From the NCBI RefSeq assembly GCF_003704095.1, contig NW_020844152.1, positions 682,001 through 746,000 on the forward strand: a DNA stretch of 64,000 nt, given 5' to 3'. A program made the translations under genes and the position numbers. Below, one piece after another: positions 1-14,070 of the stretch. The stretch's first letter is position 1, and each line of letters opens with the position of its first letter. The notes beneath the pieces were generated by a model. That model did no database searches and had not been told where the DNA came from. It saw nothing but the letters and a program-made list of their open reading frames with translations. This DNA is from Pocillopora damicornis. Its lineage: Eukaryota.

Positions 1-3000
1 CCGTGTGATCTTAGCTACCTGCAATTCAATTTAAAAAACAAATAAAATTGTAGATTTTATTTGACATAATCATTAGGTTGGTTACCATTGCTGTTTGTGA
101 CTCGTTGAAGTTTACGATCTCTGCTCGGTTCTCAGTCTGAGAAACCGTGACAGTGCGGAGTACTAGATGTGGGGTTAGGGAGAGAAGAACCAAAATTCGA
201 TGCTCGTCTGACCTGCACAAAATTGAGTTACAAGTTTTGGAACTAAGGTTAAAAAAAAAAAAAAAAGCGCAGAAGTTTTGGGTATGGACTGCGTTTTTGA
301 CGGCGCGAATGTGACTGAATGAATGACTAAGACTTCTGTCAACTATTCAGAGAGCAACCGAGATCTGAGAAGGAAAATGAAACACTCTGTATTCGTTCCC
401 GGTCCCGGCATTTTTACTTTTCTCGCTGTCGATCGATTTCACAGACCTGGCGTCGTGCGGATGGAAGGACGGACGGACTAATGTTGATCGATCGGTTCAC
501 GAGTGAGTGGTTTGTCGGTCTGTTATTGGTTAGGTGTGTCACGTTAGGCTGTGAGCTGGCACTCGATGGGTATGCATCGCGAGAGTAAGCCTCTCGCGAA
601 GGCCGCGAGGTACTGATGACAACCAAGAGTTGATATTCTCTTGTAAGGAACTATTCGCATGCTAGGGTGCGTTTTGTTGCTTTATTGATCGAGCTACAAA
701 AATGATCAATACAGATTCACTGATCGACCCACTGCTCCACTGATCAAGGCTTTATTTCTTGCCTGTTGTATTATTGTGCTTGCCGAATAAACTGAATTTT
801 CAAAATCTAATGTGCGTGTTTACCTAATAAAGTTTTTAAACATCCACTGGTTCAACGACATTATTGTTCATCAAGAGAAAATTACAGAATTATTTTCTCC
901 TCCCTTCAGACTATTTCCTTTTTCTCGCTTTTTACTTAAAGTCAATTTCCGCAAAATTTAATGCAAATTCTGGTCGGTGGGTTTTCAGTACGAAACAATG
1001 CATCTAACCCTTCCACCCCTTAGACTGACCAGCATCTAATTTCTCCTTACAATATCATCCCTGAAACACACATTAAGGTCATGAGGGTAAAGGAAATGAT
1101 TACCTACTAAAGCAACTCTTAATTGTTAAACAGATTCTTCCTGTCAGCATCTTAGGAAATGCATAGAGAAAAGGCTGGCGAAAATGCATACTGATGTATT
1201 TACATACAACAATTTTAGCTCTTCCATAATACAAGTGAAGCCACAACCTGCGCGCTTTCGGCTCTTTGCTAGAATGAGATCGTTATAAAAGATGCAACAC
1301 TTACAATGCAAAAAACCAACAAACGAAAAAACAAAATGAAAGTGTTTGATGATGCGCATGTCATAGTTATAATGTATATATTATTGCCAGCGCGAAGATC
1401 ATCACAAGAAAACGACCACCAAAATCCTTGTGCCCGGCTGTATAACGTTTGGGGATTTCTGTAAAAGAAAATAAGAGATATAAAATAAAACTGTTTTGAG
1501 TTTGCTGAAGATATCTGTCAAAATGGTCACCATTCCACCCGAGTGAGCGCGGCCGAGTTTCATTTTGTGACCCACGTGACACAGCTCATTTAAGTTTCCA
1601 AACTCTTGTTTCAAATTTCTCATCTCACAAGTTGTAACTTGCGTACTCCGGCTACGCAGCGGATCTTAGGGAAGTGATGATTAGTGAAGAATGGAAAACA
1701 AGGCCCTGGCTTTTTGCCGATTGTCTTATTGGAATGTTTACATTGCATGCGAAAATGAAAAAGAAATGCACCAAGGGAACTCGGCGGTCAGTTTGTTAAA
1801 AAAATTTGATCCTCTCGTTTCCTATGTCCGCAATATCATCGTTGATTTTTAACTTAACACTTCTTTGCAATCACCCAACGGTTTCCTTTGGGATAATTTC
1901 TTATATGGCTATCAACAACCCACATAATTTGGATAACAATTTAATAATTATCTCATTGATCACAATTATTTTTAAATAAAAAAAAATGGCCTAAACGTAA
2001 CCTTTACGGGGTCTTACCTCTCACAAAAAGATATCGCGTACCGTATTTCTGTTTTTTGTTGGCGCTCGTCATACAGAAATACTTCCCCTCATCACCAAGC
2101 TGAACGTTGGTTATGTGCAGCGAGCCGTTTGCAACAATATGGAACCTTTTCTCGTCGAGCATTTTGCTGCCTTGTCCTTTTTTAAACCACGCGATCGTGA
2201 TGCGCGGAGGATCTGCTTGGATTGCGCAATGCAACCAAGCTGAGTCACCCTCAGAAACTGTTACGTTGCTTGGCCTATACAGCTTAGAACCTGTGGAAAG
2301 AAATTGCTATATTTTTTTTTCTGTTCCAACCACTCTAGTGGCTTTGAACGCCAGGATGCTAAACACATGTCACCCTAGTTTACGATCAGGCTCGTCAGTG
2401 AGTTGTCTGTAACTCAATTGGAGAGACTCCACCAGGTAATAGGGAAGATGCCATGTTGAGCTACAGTCAGCATGTAGCTTACGAGGTGATACTTTTGTTT
2501 TAAGGGCATGGCGTCGATGAAAAAAGAAAAGCTAGCTTGTCATCGATCATCCTCTATCCTCAATTATACATTTTAGTCCGAAGATGTGTGCATATTTGAA
2601 AATGAGGGTTTAAATTGGGTATAGTGTTCATAAGAACCACGGGATTGTATCAACCAACGTATTCGTCCTTCACCTCCGAACTAATAACAGAAAGAGCGAA
2701 ATAACCAGTTAAGAGGACATAATCGAACTGTTACAACGAGCGACTTGTGTGCGTGCTCTGAGATGTTTTAAGGTTAAAATTTATCGTGCCATCTACTTAC
2801 TATACACGAGCAAATCAATGAAAGTTCTAAGCGATTTGAAACCATTTGATCCATTGCAGTAATACCGGCCAGCGTCCGAAAGCCTCACTTTATGTATATT
2901 CAGTGAAGAGCCATAGGACTCCATTCTTTTAGGCAGCTTCTTCATGTCTCTCCTGCTCCAGGTGATGTTCACCTTTGGCTCACTCTCGAATTCACACAGC

Positions 3001-6000
3001 AGTGTTATCGTCATTCCCACAAACGCTTTGGTAACGTTCTTATGAGTGGCCTTTATTCTGATTGTGTCAGTTTCTGAATGAAGAAGAGGAAAGACTCCGA
3101 ATTACAAGTCAACTCCTACGAGGAGCTAACGCTCGAAACGTCAGCTTTGAAACTCCTTACGATGGCCAATTTACGTTATCAACTCAGTTGGTAACACCAG
3201 ATTACCCTGTTTATAATAATCAGGCTGGAGAGGATTATATTTTTACTTAGCTCAGTCTAGAAATAGAAAGATGTAAGAGTATAACATAACGAATTAAGAC
3301 GACATTTGACGATGCAGAACTTAACGTAACGTTCCTTCGATGGTGGCAGGGGGGAGGTGCATTTTACTTAAAAAGATGGAGATATTTGGAATTTATCAGA
3401 AAATGTTTAGTATAAATAGAAGGCTTTTGGGGAATTTAGATTTTAAAAAAATGATCGTAAAATTGGCAGCTTTATTTCGACTCGTTTCCTTACCACAGAA
3501 CAAATTCATTTCCTGTCAAAATCATAATATATTTCGACCAGCAAGCAATACAGTAACGAAACCGTGTTCCGCCATAAGAAACAAGTTGAATGAGTTGGGT
3601 CGAACTGATGCAAGTGGGGGCGAAATCGTTTTACATTAGGGGAGCGAAGTTGTAAAGGTGATTGGGGGCGAACTTACTTGCAATAGGGCGAAACCTCCAA
3701 TTACCTCTGACTTAATGCGACGTAGTTTAAATGTAACATGATGTTTCGTATCATACCCTCCTTTTCATTAACGGTGTGCTGCACCTGACATACTTACCAT
3801 AAACGGTCAGCCATACTCCGGTTTCTTTATCTTGAGAAGGATCATCACGGGCCGAGGTACAATAGTATCGTCCTTGATCACCCAATCGTACACCATCTAC
3901 TTCCAGGTTACCATTTTTCTTTGAACTTACTCGACCATCATTCCCTAAGTAAACTCTTTTTTTATCCGTCCAGAATGATTCTGTTTTGGGTGTACCTAGG
4001 GCCTTGCAAGGCGCAACGAGATTGCCTCCATCAACGGCCTTGATATCTTCAGCCACTGAAATTTTCACTGCACGTAGAGAATAGTTCACATTGGTGTAAA
4101 AGTTAAAAAAGAAAAAAAAAACGCACACAAAGCACATGACGTGGTGGATAGAATGGAGCAACTCTGTTCTAACTCATCTAAATAGAAAGTTTTTTGGGTG
4201 TATGAGCCCTTTTAAAAAAGATTGAGGAGTATTTACTATTTCGAACAAGTGGCTGTGCGACCTCTCCCCTCTTCTGCTCCTGAAGTCAGAGAACTTAATT
4301 AGCGACCAGTCATTTTTCCTGCCAATGCGGTGGGAAAGATAAAAATATTACAGAGCTTTATGGAGGAGGGAGGAGAGAAATCAGGTAAATTCTATTGCTC
4401 AGTACAATATAAGGGCTAGTATAAAATTTCTGATTCTGCCTAGCTAAACTGACTCAGTAAATATAGTATTATTACAATATGAACTTGTAAGAACCTATCA
4501 CATCACTAAAGCCGCTTTTCTGCGTTTTCTACTCTCTCTCTCTCAACGAAGAAGAATGAAACTCTCTACTCTCTCTCCCTCTGTCTCTCACCCTCTCTCT
4601 TTCTCCTCTTTTTCTCTTTCACCTCAGGGCCTCAATTGTTAATACAACAATTTCAGGGTACAATCACTTCTTACATGGAGCGAACTGCAGACTTGAAGGT
4701 CATACCTACCGGGGGTTGAGAGATCGACGTTTATATGGGCGTGCCCCATAACATTTCTAGCCATACACACGAATTCAAACGCCATTTCTGCAGTGTAATT
4801 CATCATTTCCAAGGACCCGTCGCCATAGGCCCTGAAATCGCTGTCATTTTTCGCTGTCAAAACTCGTGGACCATACTTGTCGCCCATGTAGTACCATGTT
4901 ATTTTTGGACGGGGGATTCCTGTTGCTCGGCAAGGAAACTTTAACTTCTGTCCTTTAGGTGCAAGCTGCATATATCCACCTTTATGAAAAATGATCTTTG
5001 GTGCAGTTCCCACTAAAAAGGAAGAGAAACAAATCGAGATTTTCAGTTAGTACCACTGAAACTCTTAAAATTGGCGACCTCGTTTTTATCCTTGTGCTTA
5101 TAAATCAGTCTTACCAAGTCTCGGCATCGAGTGAAACCTGCCATGGCAAATCTGTGCAATAATTTCAGTTAGACTTTTTAAGGTGTTACCGCTTCTTTTA
5201 TAAATCATTTGCTATCTATCTTGCGAATTTCTTTTCATCTGCTCGGAGCCTTCAGTTTTATCTCTTGAATGATCTTTAAATTGCTTGACGGTTTATTTGA
5301 CGGTGACGGTAAAAAAAAGTATCTTTTTTGACGCTTGACGATAAACTTTTAGGCCCTTAAAAGAAGCTCGTGTGAAAAACTTGATTCGGGGCTACAAGTG
5401 GCCCTCATTTTTTGCCGGAAACAACGAGGCCTTCAGCAAGTGAGCCGAGAAAGGTCTGCAGGGGGTCTGGCACTGCCTTATTATTGGTGCCAGATCCCTA
5501 GCAAACCTCTCCCTAACTGAGCAAAGAAACGCGCTTCCAGCACCGCTAATAATAAGTGTATGCCTTCTCTCAGGCTATGATAACTCAAGGAGTAGATACA
5601 AATTGAAAACTCTTGGCAGTTAAAGTATAACGGTAACAAAGATGCATTTCACTTCCACATTTAAGTCTTTTCGGCTCATACCCCAGAACTCGAGTTTTCT
5701 TGACCAGGACGGATGGAACCCGTCCACTGTCACCCTACAAGTGTAATTGCCACTATCAGCATACGTTGCATTGTTGAAGATCAATCTTTTGCCGTCCAAA
5801 GTTATCATTTTCTTTTTTGGTTTGAATCTAACACCGTTCCTGAACCATCTTATCCTCTTTGTGGCAGAACTTTTACACTCACAATCCAACGTGAGGTTTA
5901 TTCCTACGGGATACTTTTTTCCCTGGTAGGGTTTGATGGTTATTGAGGCTCTATTGCACTTGCCTAGAGTTGAGAAGCAAAAAATAAAGAATATGAATAA

Positions 6001-6389
6001 TTTGGCATCATCTGACCATTACTTCGGAAGACACACACTGGCCTATGGTCGAGAGGTCTGGGTTCGAGAACTAGTCAGGTTACTTTGTTGTGTTCTTGGG
6101 CAAAACACTTTCCTCTCAGAGTGCCTCTCCCCCACCCAGGAGTATATATGGGTACTAACAAATTATCGGAGAACCTTAATGAAATGCTGGGGGGCGACTT
6201 TGCGATGGACTGGCATCCCTTCTAGGGGAGAGTGGTAACACTCCTAGTTGCTTCATGCTACATGGAAATCGGAATGAGCTCCGGCTGAGTGGGCCATTAA
6301 GCACGAATACAAACTCCATCTTTTAGGCCCACTCTTCACACGAGGTGTTGCGGAGAAGCTAGTAGAAAGAAGCTTGATGCGAAATATAT

Positions 6390-6442
<53 letters not shown>

Positions 6443-8743
6443 TATTACTATATAGATACTTCAAGTACGTTATAATAAGGTACAATTTTATTTGTAAATT
6501 GGTCTATTCTTATCTCAATAATCGTTGTGATTAGCTTTTTTTTTCATTAATTGTGAATTACTAGGAATAGCCTTATAGAGGAGTAAATAAACCAATGTAC
6601 CATACTATAATAAGATTTTCGTTATGTGTGTGTGTGTTTTCAAATAAGGCGATCACAGACGACTAGAAAACACGTGAAAGTTATATCGGCATTAAATGAG
6701 CTTAAAGCTGCGTGAGAAACAAGATCATTTGTCTTACCTTCAACGTTTAGTAGGACGTATCGATTTTGCTTTTGAATTTCTCGTCCCTTTCTTGTTTCAA
6801 TACATTGATAGACTCCAGTATGATATAATTTTGTCTTCAGTATTTTCAACGTATTATTTTCTCTTATCATCCTTGGGTCGTTCATAAGCGCAATGTTTAA
6901 CTCATTCTGATACCATTCGTAGGTTGCACCTCTGCTTGACCTACTGTTGCAGTTCAATGTCACACGGTCTCCAAGCTTTACTGAACGCGAGGGTTGGTAA
7001 GGAAATAGTAGAATTTCTCGTGGCTGTGATTCTTTAAGAAAGAAAACTGAAAAGCAAATAGAGAAGAACTTGCAATGTTCCTTCATGCACGTGTCACGGT
7101 GTTAGAGAGGCAGTAAAGTAATCTCGTACCCAGATCCTACCGTGTAACTTATGCTGACAACCGCTTGTCCGTGAAAGGTCTCGGTATGAGACTAGGGGTA
7201 GAGAAGGGAGAGGCTGGGCGAGAGAAGGAGAGAGAGGGTGGAGAGGTGAAATTTGAGAGAGAGCAGAGTCTTGGCCAAAGTCGTTGTATCATACTTAAAG
7301 GAAAAGGAACTTTACTCAAGAAGTTTTTCTCTATTCCGGTGCAATGATGAGAAATTGGGACAAATCTTAGATAGCGTGACCTTCCAAATTAAGTACGGCT
7401 GCGAAGTACACTCACGAGAGGCCCGTTGACAAGAAAGGCTATATAAAAGTGTTCCTCGTTCTTTAAGGTCGGGAAAAGCCGAAAGGGTCATGTGTGACAA
7501 GAGATAGCGAAAGATGATTCAATTAAACTTGGATTGCTTCATATGAAATTTCTGGACGACTGTCTTCTTGAAAAGTTTCATGCCAAAAGCTGTTCAAAAA
7601 GAGGCTTCTTCAGGATTATTTCGTTTTAAAATCTTACAAAGGATCTTCTCTGCTTCTAGAAGGTATTGTTACAAGTTATGAGGTCGTCAAGGTGTCATCA
7701 TGCCACATTTCAAGAAGGGATTTGGACTAACACTCAGGAGTAATTCTAATTCTCTCTATTTTTGATAAAATGAAATATCTGCTGTTTTTTTCTCTTTTGT
7801 CTACCTAACGTGTATTCCATGAAATTGAATCTTCTTTGATCAAATTGTGAACAAGCGTTTGATCAGTCTTCGAGGCGACAGACGCAAGGTTTTCTTTTCT
7901 ACTGGGTGTTTAAAGAAATATAATTATAATTTGATTGGATTAAGGCCGTTTGAGTTATTAGATTTGGCATATGACCTGTAAAAACTATTTTGTTAACGTT
8001 AAGCTTTTAACTGCACTTGAAATAAGCCATGCGTTTCTGTTCCTTGTCTTGCATTTCAAGATGGAATGTTTTCTTTCACTTTTCTTTCCTTGTAGGCTCA
8101 AAGCTCTGACGAATGAAACTTCAGAAGCTTTTTTAGTTACTCGAACTGCTGGTAAGATAAAGATGCAAACTAATGACCACTGACGCCAATAAAAAAAACA
8201 ATATTTACAGAATTTTTTTCATCCAAAATTTTCTAACGCAATAGTCTCATTTTAATGAGCATAGGTTGATTGTGAGCCAATGACTGAGGAACGATATGGT
8301 GGTTAGGGCATTTTAAGACCAAACCAGCTAGGAACATTCTTATCCAAAAGATTCCCTCACTTTTTAAAGGCAGCTTGAGCTACAGGTTTTTCGGAGTCCA
8401 AATTATGATGGTTCACTGATCAATTTCCCCATGGAAAAATTTGTATAGCTTTATGCGAATGCTCTCTTGTCTTAACCTTGCTTTTTCACTTGCCTTTCAA
8501 AGGAAATGTTTCTAAAATAAGTAGCGAATTTCCATTTCCAAATTTGGGTAAAGTTTTGCGATGTTTTAGAGCACTAGAAAGGTGGTTAAGGTAGAAAACT
8601 GTTCTCAAACTGCTAGACGCGTGCAGTTATTATGAAATTTTTTCTCTATATTCCCTGTCAACAAACATGTACTTACCCAACAGAAAGAGCCAAGGGCAGA
8701 GACAGTGGTCCAATCTCTTCATCTGACATAGAAATAGACCCAT
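1..8743 (-). CDS. Multi-Ig-domain (I-set/C2-type) secreted or cell-surface protein, 5' part; continues past the left edge (receptor/adhesion, FGFR- or hemicentin-like)
   Basis: Exons 8743-8677 (MGLFLCQMKRLDHCLCPWLFLL, signal-peptide-like), 7046-6738, 5963-5682, 5012-4710, 4067-3798, 3073-2801, 2290-2018 and probably one starting near 14 (AKITR...). All have GT-AG boundaries. The six internal exons are phase 1-1, multiples of 3 in length, and each encodes one Ig fold with C...W...(D)xGxYxC-type motifs (e.g. DSGNYTC, DQGRYYC, DAGRYYC, DEGKYFC). Confidence 0.85.
6040..6310 (+). mobile_element. tRNA-derived SINE (degenerate)
   Basis: B-box-like GGTTCGAGA followed by TTGTGTTCTTGGGCAAAACACTT...CCACCCAGGAGTATA.ATGGGTAC...GATGGACTGGCATCCC...GCTTCATGC. 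A second copy lies on the minus strand at 45045-45310. Confidence 0.65.
6384..6441. repeat. (CA)n/(TA)n microsatellite
   Basis: Seen directly in the sequence. Confidence 0.95.
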
Positions 8744-11700
8744 GATTGTCCAAAACCCTGGGGTGCTGCAGAAAACGTATCGGAAACTCAATAAATGTTT
8801 CAGTGCTTACCGCAAAATCTTTTTGATCGAAATCTCCAGTGGTTGACGTCACCCGTTTTGAATAATAAAACTCCCCTTTCTAAGCAATTCACTGTATTGA
8901 AGAAATATTGCAAAGAAGCTTAGTTAGCTCAGTAAGGGCCTCATTGGGGATTTTAAGCGATGAAACAGAGTAAACATAAATATTCAGCCAACATAAACAC
9001 GAAAGAGTTCGGAGACGTAATCTCGTTTGTATAAAACTTCCATAATAAATTGTACAATGTGTTTGAAGTAAGATTTGGGTTTTCCGTGAGGAGTAGAAGT
9101 CAAGCAAGACGACTGATTTTAAGCTGAAATGGTCCATCGACCCTCCGCAGAGAATTAGCCAAATGTTGAGTTCACAAGTCCCGCCTATTTATAAAAGAGC
9201 AATGGATGAGCATGATTCTCTTCTTAAAATATCCACTATGCAATTCGTGAAACTCGAAGTTTTTCAACATGAAATAATTAAGTAATTACGAACATGCACC
9301 TTGTTAGTCAGAAACCTATCGTTTATTGCACCGGTAAACCCACTGAAAATTAAAACATTCTAAGTTTGTTTTCTACCGACTCGTGATTTACAAACTTTCT
9401 TCGCGTTCTTCCAAGATCCCGAGAAGGTTATTACGCTCAGCCTGGTAACCTGATAAAAAGCGGTCCATTGCCCAATTAATATCCTTTTTGATCTGTCATA
9501 CATTTAAAATACATTCCACTTTTCCATTCATGTCTTTATCCCTTTTGTGTTTATGTCTGTGTGTGTGTTTTTTTCCCTCAGAAATGTTTTCGGCAATTTT
9601 TTTAGTGATCGAAACATCTCGACATATCGTGAAGTAATCTCTATTAGACTTCCTGACTTGTTACGCTTTATATGCCCGCAAACACACATCACAAACAGCA
9701 TTACGGCACAGGAAATTTCATTTTCAATAATTTTTTAATATTTTTTAACACTATTAGAGAAGGGTGGCCTGAAAAGAACCGTGCCTAAGGCGATTTAATT
9801 GTTCAGTGCTGGTGGTTTGAGCATTGATCTAATTTTATTCGTGGTATTTTCTCGATTAGCACGCAAATGATTTTCTTGTGTTTCGTCTTCCTTATTCATA
9901 TCAGATCCGAAAAGCTTCGATTTTGGCCTCTGAGGGTAAAAGCTACATGTTAAATTCCTAATAACCCTGTCTATTTAACACCGAAAAAGTCAAGATATAA
10001 TTCTGCACTGATAATCAGCAAGTCATTAATTCTGGAAAACCCCGCTGTGGGTTCAACTTCAACACGAGGAAGTTAATATACTTTTCGAGTAAAAGGCCAT
10101 GCCGCCTACTCTAGAAGTCAATGAGTCATTGCTGATTAATTCCTGGTTGACAGTCTCCTCCGCTGCATTGATTGTTTTGTTTTTTAATCTACGTGTTGTA
10201 CGCGAAAAAAAAACGAAAAAAAAAAAGTAAATAAGCAAAAGTTGTAGCGTGAAAGATTTACTCACGGCTTTTCATGGAAAGACTTTTACATGGCATGCTT
10301 CCAGCATTGTGCTACAACTCAGATCAGCGTTAAGTTGATATAAAATAAGCTGAATCACGCCTGCATTATGATACGTTCTGACTTACGATCTATGGGAGGA
10401 CAGACAAATAGATGGCTTCATCATATAACCGTTTTTTGCTATTTTATTCTACAAAATAAATATATCGTCTATATTCCATATTACCGTGGGTCTGTACAGC
10501 AACAGATCACGAAGACGTCAAAAATGTGGTGAGAACGTCATTGACACACTCGACTGCGCTTCATACGCCACTTTTCTGTTCTAACCACACGTTGCCGCAC
10601 ATCATCTGCAATCTAGGAACCCTTTAGCCCCTATTAAAGAGTGATTAGCATCTAATTTCTCCTTAGTATATCACCCCTGAATCAAACATGAAAGTTGTGA
10701 GAATAGAGGAGATGACTACCAACTTAAGCAGCTCTTGACTGTTACACAAATTCTCTCTGTCAGCCTCTTTGAAAATGTATAGAGAACAGTATGGAGAATA
10801 TACATACTGATGTTAGCGGGTAAAGTGTTAATAAGCAGACGTACAGCAGCATAAAATCTATTTTTTAAATTGATACTAAAGTGATGAACAACGCAGACGT
10901 TTGTGAGAAAGGATAATCGGTATCGTTTATTGAAAAGTTGCAGTTTGAAACGGTCTATAAATAGGTTTTTGATCTTGCTAAATGACTAAGACAATGAAAG
11001 ATCATAAACAGTTTAGTAACAACATACAAGTAGTCCCGATAAACTCTTTAACTCCCGTGAGTGACCAAGAAAGAATTTCTCCTCTCAATATCATTACAGT
11101 AGAAAAGTGATGAGATTAAAGAAAAATATCAATTATGGAATTACTCATTGATCCAATACCAAATTCTCCAAACTAACATAATGAGAATCTTTTGGCAAAC
11201 AGTAGGGAGAATTACTAATGAATCTTGGGAGTTAAAAGGTTAATGCACAATACATTAGACGATTCAGTTTGAACAGTTACAACTTACGCGCAAAAGAAAT
11301 GATATATTTTACTTTTAACAGTTTTATGTTTCAGCTGAGTGATCGTTATTTCTTCATAAGCCAAATCTCTTTCTTTTCCCACCTATACAAATATTTTCTG
11401 TTCTCCGAAGCTCAAACGGAGAGATCCAAACTGATTTCGCAAAAAGGCTTTTCTGAGTCAGCTATTTTTGGAGAAAGTTGCCTTCATCTTTCTTCGTTCC
11501 CCAATTTTCGAGGGACTGGATATTTGTTTGAGAGAAGATACGCTGTAATGGCGGGTCTCGCCACGTGTCTGCAGGTAGAACTCTCAAGACTTTCTCTTTT
11601 TTTGCAGGTTTTTGTCACAGTTATTTGGGACCGACCAGTTCGGTGTTGTTACATTTATCATTCAAGGAGTGAACTTGGAGGAATATCTCAACATCAAACT

Positions 11701-12825
11701 CATGTTACCCGATCTGCGTCGTTGTGGCCCTCATATAGGTAACAACGTTCTCTACAACTCGAGCCTTACCATCGAAAACCATTTGTTTTTTATGTGCAGG
11801 TGACATATTTACTCCGTGTTATCAAATGCTTTAAATAATTATGTACTCTGAAAGTTTTTCTTTCGCCGCTTGACTTATGTGTGTCTGAATATTGTACGCT
11901 TCCTCTGTTTTAGACACAAATATAAACAAAGACACGCGGATGGGTGATGTAAAGGCAAGCTGGGAGATTTGAAGAAAATACAGCGTTTTCAGACGCCCTG
12001 GTAATCTTCCATTCTATATGTTACGGTTAGTGGCATCATATAATTTTATTCTGCCATACGTCTCTATATAGACGGTTTAATTCCAAGACTAGGAGTCCGA
12101 AAATATAAACTTCATTTCCATTAATGCTGCTTCTGAGCTCTTGGAATTTTTTTTTGTATGGAAATGAATAACGTGAGTTATTGTACGCTACTTGTGTAAC
12201 TGATGGCGCCGTTGATTCAGTTTGCCGCCGAACACACTTCGTCTTTACGGTTCAAGAAACGTTTACGTACATCGCGCCTTCAGGGGAGAGACTACTATAT
12301 CAAGTGATACAAAATGAATAAAATGTATGAAGTCTAGATCGGAATTTCTTTTTTTTCTTAGATGGAAGGTTATGATTCCTACATCTTCAATTTTGACGTT
12401 GATAAATCAGAAAGTTGATGGTACCTAAGTTTTCAATTGCAGTGTCTACGCGGGGGGGGGGGAGGGGGAAAAGAGGGGAAGGGAGGGAGTAGGAGGGGGT
12501 GCTTGAGTCAATTTTTCCTGGGTATGTACCGCTGGCCTCTCACCGCGAAACTTTCCATTTTTAAATTCCTCATTACCAGAATTTTCCAACCCCCGAAAAC
12601 CCGAAAATGTGCTACACCATTCGTAAAAATGTGAATCCATCCTACGGCACAAGCCTTTCATTTGGAAGTACCCCCTCCCCTAGAGTTTATCTTACTTGTC
12701 TCAATATTTCTATCGTGATAGTGTACAATACAAACTTAATTCGTGAATGGAAGGTTTTTATAGCTGAAAGATTTCCTCCTTTCTTTAGATTCTTTCAGAA
12801 AATTAAAGTTGAAGGACGATTTCAA

Positions 12826-14070
12826 ATGTATTCTACCTGGTTCGCATCTGTCGTTCTGCTGGGAACTGTTTTTACCTATATTATCATGTCCGACTTAACC
12901 TTCACTCGACTTTTACCACGCATAATGGAAAGACGAGCTCGTTCTGGTGGAAAGAAAAGTTCTTCCTTTGTTTTAATTTTTGCACAACCAAGAACAGGAT
13001 CGTCATTTCTAGGACAGTTATTCAACCAACATCCAGATGTATTTTATCTTTACGAACCTCTTCACCCCTTCGCGGTGTTTAAAAAATTGAAATATATTGC
13101 AGAACGAAATTACACAACTCTTACACGATTATTCCTTCGAAATGCTTCTATCTGCAACTTTAATGGCTTCCAAGAATACTTTAATTTTCTTTCTCACCCA
13201 GGACTGTCAAATCCACATTTTGTTTTATCGAGCAGATCACTGGCATCATTACCTTTCTGCAAATATGCTTTTCAACCGTTTAAAAATCTCTTTAAACCTT
13301 TAAGCAAATGTTATCCGTTAGACGCAAACTTAGTGTCGCTTAATTGCAAATCGAAGAAGTTCGTTGCTTTAAAAATATTAACTCACCGTTTACCTGAGGA
13401 AAATTTAAAAGACTTGGTCGAAGGTGATTCTTTACAGCCGCAAAAAATTCCACTTAAAACTATACAGTTAGTACGCGATCCGCGGGCGGTTGTTTGGTCC
13501 ATGATAAAAATGGGTTTAATATCAAGAGGAACTAAAAACTACATCAGGACAGAATTAAACAAAAAGGGACTAAACTCAACTTTTCGCCCACCAAATATAA
13601 ACTTTATCCCTGGTTTCAGTTTCATCGAGCAAGTTCGACGTTTCTGTGATCGACTGAAAAAGGATATGAACTTGTCATCATACCTTTCGTCTAAACTTGG
13701 TCCAGATCAGTACAGAGTAATTCGCTACGAGGACTTAGCGGAGAACATCCCAGAGTTTTCACGCAAAATATTTCAGTTTACGGGGATTGATTATGCTGCA
13801 GAGGTGAAAGAATGGCTGCGAAACATCAATTTTGATGAAAAAAGAGATAGTAACGATGAGCTTAGCTACTCTACAAGCAACAGAAATACCTCTGTTACTA
13901 TCAACTCTTGGAGGAAGGAACTCTCGCTGCTGGAAACTCTTATCATTGATAACCAATGCGCTGATTTTATGGTAAAGTTTGGTTATAAGTTTATCGAAAG
14001 CGCAAATCTTCTTAAAAATATGGCAAAAAGTCTAAGGAATCCGTTACAAAAAAACTTTCATACCATGTAA
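12826..14070 (+). CDS. Carbohydrate (Gal/GlcNAc/GalNAc 6-O) sulfotransferase, CHST1/3/5-like; single coding exon, ~414 aa
   Basis: ATG at 12826 is followed by a type II membrane anchor (WFASVVLLGTVFTYII), the 5'-PSB motif QPRTGSSFLGQLFNQHPDVFYLYEPL, the 3'-PB motif RDPRAVVWS, and RYEDLA. The upstream part of the 487-aa ORF in the track is probably non-coding. Confidence 0.9.
   Translation: MYSTWFASVVLLGTVFTYIIMSDLTFTRLLPRIMERRARSGGKKSSSFVLIFAQPRTGSSFLGQLFNQHPDVFYLYEPLHPFAVFKKLKYIAERNYTTLTRLFLRNASICNFNGFQEYFNFLSHPGLSNPHFVLSSRSLASLPFCKYAFQPFKNLFKPLSKCYPLDANLVSLNCKSKKFVALKILTHRLPEENLKDLVEGDSLQPQKIPLKTIQLVRDPRAVVWSMIKMGLISRGTKNYIRTELNKKGLNSTFRPPNINFIPGFSFIEQVRRFCDRLKKDMNLSSYLSSKLGPDQYRVIRYEDLAENIPEFSRKIFQFTGIDYAAEVKEWLRNINFDEKRDSNDELSYSTSNRNTSVTINSWRKELSLLETLIIDNQCADFMVKFGYKFIESANLLKNMAKSLRNPLQKNFHTM

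Noticed and set aside
26-220. 64-aa ORF as a further exon of the Ig gene
   Set aside because: No Ig motifs; the best acceptor gives an early stop in the required phase, and its 3' part looks like the polypyrimidine tract of the next exon near position 14.
11269-11803. 157-aa ORF and exon-like segment upstream of the first CHST
   Set aside because: No recognisable domain and a composition typical of non-coding DNA; at most 5'UTR exons, which cannot be supported without RNA data.
12607-12825. N-terminal extension of the 487-aa sulfotransferase ORF
   Set aside because: It starts at a non-ATG codon inside a degenerate repeat; the ATG at 12826 directly precedes the expected type II membrane anchor.
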